From Trueperaceae bacterium (GTDB taxonomy: Bacteria; Deinococcota; Deinococci; Deinococcales; Trueperaceae), in assembly GCA_965215565.1 (NCBI GenBank), contig CBDCDZ010000004.1, positions 3,456,001 through 3,520,000 on the forward strand: 64,000 bases of DNA. Reading direction: 5' to 3'. Below are positions 57,773 to 64,000 of the stretch, one piece after another. Position 1 is the first letter of the stretch, and each line of letters opens with the position of its first letter. The notes under the pieces were generated by a model. The model was not told where the DNA came from. It was given only the letters and a program-made list of their open reading frames with translations, and did not search any database. A program made the translations under genes and the position numbers.

Positions 57773-59083
57773 ATGTCAATTCGCTACTACAGCACGAGAG
57801 ATAAAGAGAAGCACAAGGTTTCCTTCGCAGACGCTTTACTCAAAGGTCTTGCGCCAGACGGTGGGCTCTACATTCCCGACTGCATCCCCCAAGTTCCTAG
57901 TGAAGTGTGGCAGAGCGCAACCTCTTTAAGCGAACTCGGCGGGGCGGTGCTGAAGCGTTGGTTAGGGTCCGAAGTAGATGAAGCGAGCCTCACCGACCTT
58001 GTGGACGACGCACTCAACTTCCCCGTGCCCGTCGTGCCGCTAGGAGACGGGGTGTTCGTGCTCGAGCTGTTCCACGGTCCCACCCTCTCCTTCAAAGACG
58101 TGGGCGCGCGCACAATGGCGCGGCTCATGAGCCGCTTTCTAGCCGAGCGGGGTGAGCGGCGCACAATTCTAGTGGCGACTTCGGGCGATACGGGCAGCGC
58201 GGTGGCGGACGGGTTTGCCGGACAAGACAATATCGACGTAGTGCTCCTCTACCCCAAGGGCAAAGTGAGTGAGGTGCAAGAGCGCCAGCTTATCGCGAAG
58301 CGTGAGGGTGTCCGCGCCTTCGCTGTTGAGGGTGACTTCGACGACTGTCAGCGTTTGGTTAAAGAGGCGTTTGTCTCGCCAGAACTGAGTCACTTACCTC
58401 TTTCGTCGGCGAACTCCATCAACATCGGGCGACTCTTGCCGCAGTCCTTGTACTACTTCTGGGCGAGCGTTCAGGTATCTTTTCAGCTAGATAAGAGCGG
58501 AGTAGCGCCTGTCTTCTGCATTCCGAGTGGGAATCTAGGCAACCTCACAGGTGGGGTTTTGGCGGCTCGAGCCGGTCTCAGCGTCGCCAAATTCATCGCC
58601 GCGCATAATGCCAACGACTTCTTCCCCAACTACCTGCACAAGCTCCGCGAGGCGTACGCCTTTAGCCCGACGGTTGCGACCGTCTCCAACGCGATGGACG
58701 TGGGCGCGCCTAGCAACTTTGAGCGGCTCTACGCGCTCCTTGATGGTGAAATGATGGGGTTGATTTGGGGCTCCTCTGTGACGGATGACGTTACCAAAAC
58801 GCGGATGAAAGAGGTCTATGAGCGCACAGGTTATGTGGCGTGTCCGCATACGGCGGTTGGCTTAGAAGCTGTTTACCGCTACCGCACAGAAACGGGCAAT
58901 ACGTCACCTACTATCGTTTTAGCGACAGCGCATCCTGCAAAGTTTCCTGATGTAGTCTCAGAGGCGTTAGGTATTGCTACGCCAAAGGAAGAGAAGCTAG
59001 AGAAGCTGTGGGATGAGGAGACGCGGGTGGAGGGCCTCGAGCCGAATTCGGAAGCGTTGAGTAAGGCGCTGCTTATAGAATGA
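57773..59083 (+). CDS. thrC: threonine synthase
   Basis: GLAPDGGLY, ELFHGPTLSFKD, ATSGDTG, SANSIN.GR, PSGNLGN, TAHPAKF. Confidence 0.97.
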   Translation: MSIRYYSTRDKEKHKVSFADALLKGLAPDGGLYIPDCIPQVPSEVWQSATSLSELGGAVLKRWLGSEVDEASLTDLVDDALNFPVPVVPLGDGVFVLELFHGPTLSFKDVGARTMARLMSRFLAERGERRTILVATSGDTGSAVADGFAGQDNIDVVLLYPKGKVSEVQERQLIAKREGVRAFAVEGDFDDCQRLVKEAFVSPELSHLPLSSANSINIGRLLPQSLYYFWASVQVSFQLDKSGVAPVFCIPSGNLGNLTGGVLAARAGLSVAKFIAAHNANDFFPNYLHKLREAYAFSPTVATVSNAMDVGAPSNFERLYALLDGEMMGLIWGSSVTDDVTKTRMKEVYERTGYVACPHTAVGLEAVYRYRTETGNTSPTIVLATAHPAKFPDVVSEALGIATPKEEKLEKLWDEETRVEGLEPNSEALSKALLIE

Positions 59084-59496
59084 TGTTGGACGATCAGATT
59101 CATGCGGAAGTCGTCAAACTCAGCAAAGAGGGTGACGAATTAGCAGAAGTTGGAAAGTACCTTCAGGCTATCGAAAAGTACGGTGAAGCCCTTGAACTAT
59201 TACCGAAACCGCTCGAGGACTGGGAAGCATCGACATGGCTAGTTGGCACGATTGGTAACGCTTACTTTTTGAACCGGAATTATCCTGAAGCATATTCCAA
59301 GATGCGCGAATGTCTGAAATATCCTAGGGCAGTTGGAAATCCTTTTGTTCACCTTAGATTAGGGCAGGCTTGCTATGAACTCGAGAAGTTCGACTGTGCT
59401 AAAGACAATTTGATGCGTGCCTACATGGGTGCTGACGAAGAAATTTTCAGCCATGACCATCCTAAGTATTGGCAGTACATCAGAGAATTCATCTAA
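59080..59496 (+). CDS. TPR-like protein, lower GC
   Basis: helical TPR pattern; GNPFVHLRLGQ, LMRAYMG motifs. Confidence 0.75.
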   Translation: MMLDDQIHAEVVKLSKEGDELAEVGKYLQAIEKYGEALELLPKPLEDWEASTWLVGTIGNAYFLNRNYPEAYSKMRECLKYPRAVGNPFVHLRLGQACYELEKFDCAKDNLMRAYMGADEEIFSHDHPKYWQYIREFI

Positions 59497-59517
59497 AATG
59501 TTCTGTAGGAGGTATAG

Positions 59518-59724
59518 ATGCCCGTCTGCAAGTTTCGCACCTTTGAAGAGGCTCGAGAAGCGCTCTGGGTTGATGAGGTGGACGACGCCTACATTGACCG
59601 CGTTGAAGCGCTTTGGCAGCGGGCGCATGAACTCGTGGGACGGCGGTATAAACCGGGCGTCTACAAATACAGGTTTATTGAAGAGGCGCAAGCAGACCTG
59701 GAGAACCTCATTATAGAAGAATAA
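59518..59724 (+). CDS. small hypothetical protein with internal repeat
   Basis: AGGAGG SD; KFRTFEEA ... KYRFIEEA. Confidence 0.7.
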   Translation: MPVCKFRTFEEAREALWVDEVDDAYIDRVEALWQRAHELVGRRYKPGVYKYRFIEEAQADLENLIIEE

Positions 59725-59725
59725 A

Positions 59726-60568
59726 TTAGCGCCGCACCGCGTACGGTCCCGCCTCATCCTCCCCAAGATGCACGACGCGCATCTCCGCCATCAGCTTCTT
59801 GAGGTGCGCTAGCACGCTCCCCTCCACGAGTTTCGTCATGCGCTCGGGCACTTGCGGATAGATGCGAGTGCGCAGTTCATCCAAGCTGAGCTGTTCGCTT
59901 CCGAGCGTGTCTAAAACTTGTTGCTCCCGCTCCAAGCGGTGCGCTTTAGACTCGTCTAACCTCTTGCGCGGATTCGCGATGACTTCGCCGTGTCCGGGTC
60001 CGATGAGGTCTGCGTCAAGGTCTCGCAACCTCTCTAACGTCGCTAGATAGTCCGCCACATCGCCTTCAGGTAAGCCTACCCACGTCGAGCCTCGGTTTGC
60101 GACAACATCCCCCGCCAAAATCGTGCGCGTATCGGGCAAGTGAAAACTCAGATGACCGGGGCTGTGACCGGGCGTGTGCAGGGCGCGGACCTCTTTGTCG
60201 CCGACGGTCAAGACGCGCTCGTCCTGTAAGGAGATGACCTCTCCTGTTGGCTCGTACTTTTCTTCAAAACGGGGACGCTCTAATGGATGCACGTATATAG
60301 GCACATCGAAGTGGTCTTGCAACTTCTTCGCGCCCGCGCAGTGGTCGGGGTGCGTGTGGGTGAGGAGGAGGGCTTTGAAGAGGTTGACTTTCTCTTGGAG
60401 TGTTTTCTCGAGCACCCCCAAAGCCTCACCCTCTTCGCTCCCCATATCAACCAAGACGCCGACGCCGCGACTCTCGATGAGATAGCTGTTCGTGTGGTCA
60501 AAAGGGGGCAGCGTGTCGCTGGGGAGGGGGAGGCGGTGGACGCCGTCGGCAACGGTTTCAGAGGTCAT
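59726..60568 (-). CDS. MBL-fold metallo-hydrolase (LACTB2-like)
   Basis: THTHPDH, TPGHSPGH, AGD, GPGHG. Confidence 0.93.
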   Translation of the reverse strand: MTSETVADGVHRLPLPSDTLPPFDHTNSYLIESRGVGVLVDMGSEEGEALGVLEKTLQEKVNLFKALLLTHTHPDHCAGAKKLQDHFDVPIYVHPLERPRFEEKYEPTGEVISLQDERVLTVGDKEVRALHTPGHSPGHLSFHLPDTRTILAGDVVANRGSTWVGLPEGDVADYLATLERLRDLDADLIGPGHGEVIANPRKRLDESKAHRLEREQQVLDTLGSEQLSLDELRTRIYPQVPERMTKLVEGSVLAHLKKLMAEMRVVHLGEDEAGPYAVRR

Positions 60569-60573
60569 GAAAA

Positions 60574-60708
60574 TAGCAATGAGTTAAAAGCAATCCAGTC
60601 GAGCTGGTGTACGTAAGTCCTCACGTAGTGGACGAACGGTGAGCAATGAGTTGAAAATAAAAAGCCTTTGGTTTTTACTCATTAGCTCACTGCTCGGTAC
60701 TCGTTGCT
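60574..60708. repeat. family B element with a variant 46-bp insert (60595-60640)
   Basis: GCAAT[CCAGTCGAGCTGGT...ACGAACGGT]GAGCAATGAG; right arm overlaps the S41 gene end. Confidence 0.85.
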
Positions 60709-61628
60709 GTCAAAAACGCAATTGCCTCATCTAAGGCTTCATCCGACGCGACCTCCACGTCTGGCACCACGCCGCGCCCTTCCCACGTCGGTGCGCCGAT
60801 GGGCGCTAAGACGCCTGTTGCGATCCACGCCTGCGAGCCGTCGCGGAGGCAGAAAGGTAAAACCGCTTCGACGTTGCCCGCGCTCGTTTCACCGATGACC
60901 GTGGCGCGTCCGTTCGCCTGGAGTGCGCCCGCCAAGCCCTCGGCGGCGCTATTGACGCCGCCGTCAATTAAGATAACAAGCGGCAACTCGGTAATTGTGT
61001 TGCCAACCGCGGGGTAGGGAAGAGGGAGTGTCCAGCGGGTCAGCGTGCGCCACAAGAAGCCGCCCGTGAAAACGCCCGCCGCCTGCATCATCTCGATGAG
61101 TCTGCCGCCGGGGTTGCCGCGTAAATCGAGGATGAAGCTCTCTGCGCCGCTCAGGTTTTGCACCGCGCCGCGCAAGTCGCCCGCCGTACCTACTAAGTCG
61201 GGGACGCGGACATAACCGATGTTGTTCTCCAGGAGTTTGTAGCTGACCCGCCCGCGCTGCTCGGTGCCTTGCGGCTCCAAGACCTGTCCGAATACGCCTA
61301 AGCAGGGCAAATCGCCGTATTCAGCGCGAATCTCATTGACGCGGTCAGGCGGCACGAAGACCGAGTGGTTGTCACCGAGTTCTTCGTACATGTCCGCCAG
61401 AACGCTGTAGAACTCGCCCTCGTTCTCAGCTTCCAAAGCTCTCGGCTCGTACTCGCTGCGAATCTCGTCCCAACTCATACCGCCGAAGTCGCGGTCCCAG
61501 TAGCGCTCCTCGACGAGCCGCCAAGCGGTGTCGAAGCGCGTTTCGAAGTTTTGAGCAGCTTGGGCAGACGCCGCCATAAAGAGGACGGCGGCGCAGGTGG
61601 TGCAGAGGACGAGCCAGAGTTTGTTCAC
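60687..61628 (-). CDS. S41 family peptidase without a PDZ domain
   Basis: LDLRGNPGG, NSAAE, IGETSAG, EGRGVVPD; signal peptide. Confidence 0.9.
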   Translation of the reverse strand: MNKLWLVLCTTCAAVLFMAASAQAAQNFETRFDTAWRLVEERYWDRDFGGMSWDEIRSEYEPRALEAENEGEFYSVLADMYEELGDNHSVFVPPDRVNEIRAEYGDLPCLGVFGQVLEPQGTEQRGRVSYKLLENNIGYVRVPDLVGTAGDLRGAVQNLSGAESFILDLRGNPGGRLIEMMQAAGVFTGGFLWRTLTRWTLPLPYPAVGNTITELPLVILIDGGVNSAAEGLAGALQANGRATVIGETSAGNVEAVLPFCLRDGSQAWIATGVLAPIGAPTWEGRGVVPDVEVASDEALDEAIAFLTATSTEQ

Positions 61629-61631
61629 GCC

Positions 61632-62621
61632 TCAATGTACCGCGCGTTTGAGGGTTCCTTGGTTGGCTGTCTGCGCTGCGCCCAGTTCTTGCGCGCCCTC
61701 CTGGGCGTGAGACTCGAGCGCCTTTGCGTCAAAGACGCAGCTTTGCGCGCCTACCGAGGTCACGTTAAGTGCGCCCGCGATGTTGCCGAGTTTCGCCGCG
61801 TAGTAGATGTCGTAGCCCGCCATAATGCCGTGCGCGAAGGCGGCGGTGTAGTAGTCGCCTGCGCCCGTCGATTCGACGACTTCGTCTATCTCTAGCGCCT
61901 CGATGAGTTCGGTCAGCTCCGGGGTGATGACCATCGAGCCCATCTCGCCGAGTTTGACCAGGATGCGCTCGACGCCGCGCTCGGCAAGCTCCGCCACCGC
62001 TTCGGAGATCGAGCTTTCGTCGGTCAGCGTATAGAGTTCTTGTTGGTTCATGATGAGGTAGTCCACGCCCTGCACGGTAGGGATGAGCTGCTCTTTAAGC
62101 GCGTTGACCGCGCCCGAGCCCATGTCGATAAAAGTGGTCAGACGAGCCTTTTTAGCCGCTCTCAGCGCCCGCACCGCGTACTCGCGTTGTGGACCGCTAA
62201 TAAGGCTGTAGGCGCTGACGACGAGCGCGTCACACGCTGCGATCTGGTCTTCGCTGAACGCTCCAACGTCTAGGTCGCGGCTCGCGCCGCCCGCGCTGAT
62301 CATGGTGCGCTGGGTGTCAGGGGTGACGAGTAGCGTCACGCTGCTCGTTTGCAGCGCCTTGTCGAGTTGGACGAGATGCGTGTCCACGCCCGCCTCTTTC
62401 ACGTACTTGAGCGCGAGGTCGGAGAAAGGACCTTCGCCTACGCGAGCCGCTAAGGACACCTCATTGCCGAGCCGCGCGAGTACCGCCGCCACTGTACCGC
62501 CTGCGCCGCCCGGCTCCATGCGGGCGCGCTCCGCTGAGACCTCACCGCCCAGCTCGGGCAAGCCCTCGACGAAGTACATCTGGTCAACGCTCACGTCGCC
62601 GATCACGAAAAACTTAGCCAT
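61632..62621 (-). CDS. PfkB family carbohydrate kinase
   Basis: PGGAG..A..LARLG, NQQE, STGAGD. Confidence 0.93.
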   Translation of the reverse strand: MAKFFVIGDVSVDQMYFVEGLPELGGEVSAERARMEPGGAGGTVAAVLARLGNEVSLAARVGEGPFSDLALKYVKEAGVDTHLVQLDKALQTSSVTLLVTPDTQRTMISAGGASRDLDVGAFSEDQIAACDALVVSAYSLISGPQREYAVRALRAAKKARLTTFIDMGSGAVNALKEQLIPTVQGVDYLIMNQQELYTLTDESSISEAVAELAERGVERILVKLGEMGSMVITPELTELIEALEIDEVVESTGAGDYYTAAFAHGIMAGYDIYYAAKLGNIAGALNVTSVGAQSCVFDAKALESHAQEGAQELGAAQTANQGTLKRAVH

Positions 62622-62848
62622 TCACCTCTCCCACATCCGCTCTCGCATTCACCTTGAAACGCTCGGAGACCGCCGTCCCCACATGTGCCCCCCTGAGCCT
62701 AACCGCGCAGTTCGCCGCGCCGTTTAACCCGCTCAGCGTCTAACGTGCAGTGTAACGCACGAAAGCGAGCCTGGGGTACCCTCTAAGCCGTTCGTCTAAA
62801 TCTTGCTTACGTGCAGTATAGCTTAAATTGGCGGGGCTGCCCAGCACC

Positions 62849-63682
62849 CTAAGACGGGCTGCGGCTAAGCGCACGGTGTAGCGCGGTGAATTGTGAGATA
62901 TCTAGCGCCTCAGCTCTCGTGCGTGGGTCTAGGATGAGCGCCTCGAGCGCGGCGTCCACACGCGCTTTCTCGAAGCCCGCCATGAGCAGATTTTTCTTCA
63001 AGGTCTTGCGGCGGTGGCGAAAGGCGTGGTGAATGAGTGAGAACAGTTCGGGATCGCGCACCGTATTCGTCACCTCCAAGCGCACCACGCTGCTCGTCAC
63101 TTCGGGCGGCGGAAAGAAGGCGGAGGGCTTGACGTCGCGAATGATTTCGGCCTTCGCGAAGTGCGCCACGATCAAACTGAGCGCACCGTACGCGCCCCCA
63201 CCCGGCGCGGCGCGGAGCCGCTGCGCGACCTCTTTTTGCACCAGGAAGACGAGCCGTTTGAAGCGCCCCGACTCCAAAGCCCGAACGAGAATCGGCGTAG
63301 CGACGTTGTAAGGAAGATTGGCGACGAGCAGGCTTCCCTGGGGGAGCGTCTGCAAGTCGAAGGTGAGTCCGTCGCCGTGAATAAGCGCGACGTTGCTCGT
63401 TTCCGCCAGGGTTTCTCTTAACGCGGGCAGGAGCCGCGCGTCGAGTTCGACACTCACGACCTCTTTGGCTTTAAGCGCCAATTCGCGGGTCAAGACGCCC
63501 AACCCCGGACCGATCTCTAAAACCATGTTGTCCGGTGAGAGACTTGCCGCTTCGACAATAGCCCGGAGCGCGTTACCGTCCACTAAGAAGTTCTGGCCGA
63601 AGCTCTTGTCCGCCCGTAAGCCGTAGCGCGTGAGCAGGTCTTTCACAGCGCTCGGGGTAGAGAGGGTTGACGGGCTGCTCAC
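62849..63682 (-). CDS. rsmA: 16S rRNA adenine dimethyltransferase
   Basis: KSFGQNFL, LEIGPGLG, VANLPYNV, QKEVAQR, FRHRRKTL. Confidence 0.97.
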   Translation of the reverse strand: MSSPSTLSTPSAVKDLLTRYGLRADKSFGQNFLVDGNALRAIVEAASLSPDNMVLEIGPGLGVLTRELALKAKEVVSVELDARLLPALRETLAETSNVALIHGDGLTFDLQTLPQGSLLVANLPYNVATPILVRALESGRFKRLVFLVQKEVAQRLRAAPGGGAYGALSLIVAHFAKAEIIRDVKPSAFFPPPEVTSSVVRLEVTNTVRDPELFSLIHHAFRHRRKTLKKNLLMAGFEKARVDAALEALILDPRTRAEALDISQFTALHRALSRSPS

Positions 63683-63813
63683 GCTCGGTTGGTCATATCT
63701 GCTGCTTTCGTGCTCACTATCTTTGGGCTAGGGTCTCTGGGCTAAAACCTTTGTGCGGGTGTCACGTGTCATACCTATAGGCACCGGCGCGCCTTTGCGC
63801 GGGAAGCATCCTC

Positions 63814-63999
63814 CTAAGCGTTCGCTTCGATATGCGCCTCGATGGTCTCTTCGATGCTGCGGCTCGCCTGGGTGAGCGTTGTCCCCTGCACCACAGCAAA
63901 TTCCGAAGCGAGCATCGTTTTGGCGTTCTCCATGACTTCGCGCTCGGTAGCGGCTAAGCCCTTCTCCAAGTCGCGCTCGGCTAGGACGCCAATCAGACG
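63814..63999 (-). CDS. carD: CarD family regulator, C-terminal part (runs off the window)
   Basis: manual translation RLIGVLAERDLEKGLAATEREVMENAKTMLASEFAVVQG...*. Confidence 0.75.
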   Translation of the reverse strand, partial: RLIGVLAERDLEKGLAATEREVMENAKTMLASEFAVVQGTTLTQASRSIEETIEAHIEANA

Positions 64000-64000
64000 C

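Overview
A 64 kb, GC-rich chromosomal segment whose gene content and many leaderless promoters (TANNNT 5-8 nt before the start codon) point to Deinococcota, probably Truepera-like; this assignment is an inference. Most genes are housekeeping or transport: moaC, a fakA-like DAK2 gene, a Dus gene, tRNA-Leu(CAA), secG, a 5-gene peptide ABC importer, GGPP synthase, comF, two cyclophilins, mscS, plsX, rluD, purL-purF, modABC, fbp-fbaB, ychF, hom-thrC, rsmA and a partial carD. There are small accessory islets with PIN toxin modules, Uma2 and low-GC orphans. I saw no CRISPR array, rRNA, prophage or transposase. The most interesting unannotated content is: (1) at 760-4558, a promoter, a 43-aa Cys-containing leader ORF and mutually exclusive antiterminator/terminator hairpins, followed by three related Arg-rich microprotein genes around a wHTH regulator and an ABC-2 exporter; (2) several families of small dispersed elements (a ~111-bp TAGCAG...CTGCTA element in at least 10 copies, a 46-bp hairpin cassette inserted site-specifically into heptamer-repeat palindromes, a ~113-bp MITE-like pair, GTAG REPs), some nested and some supplying stop codons or C-termini to host genes; (3) three perfect tandem DnaA boxes inside an ion-channel gene; (4) apparent over-representation of CTCGAG; (5) a frameshifted, start-less vapC. 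All functional calls come from motif recognition by eye; no database searches were run.
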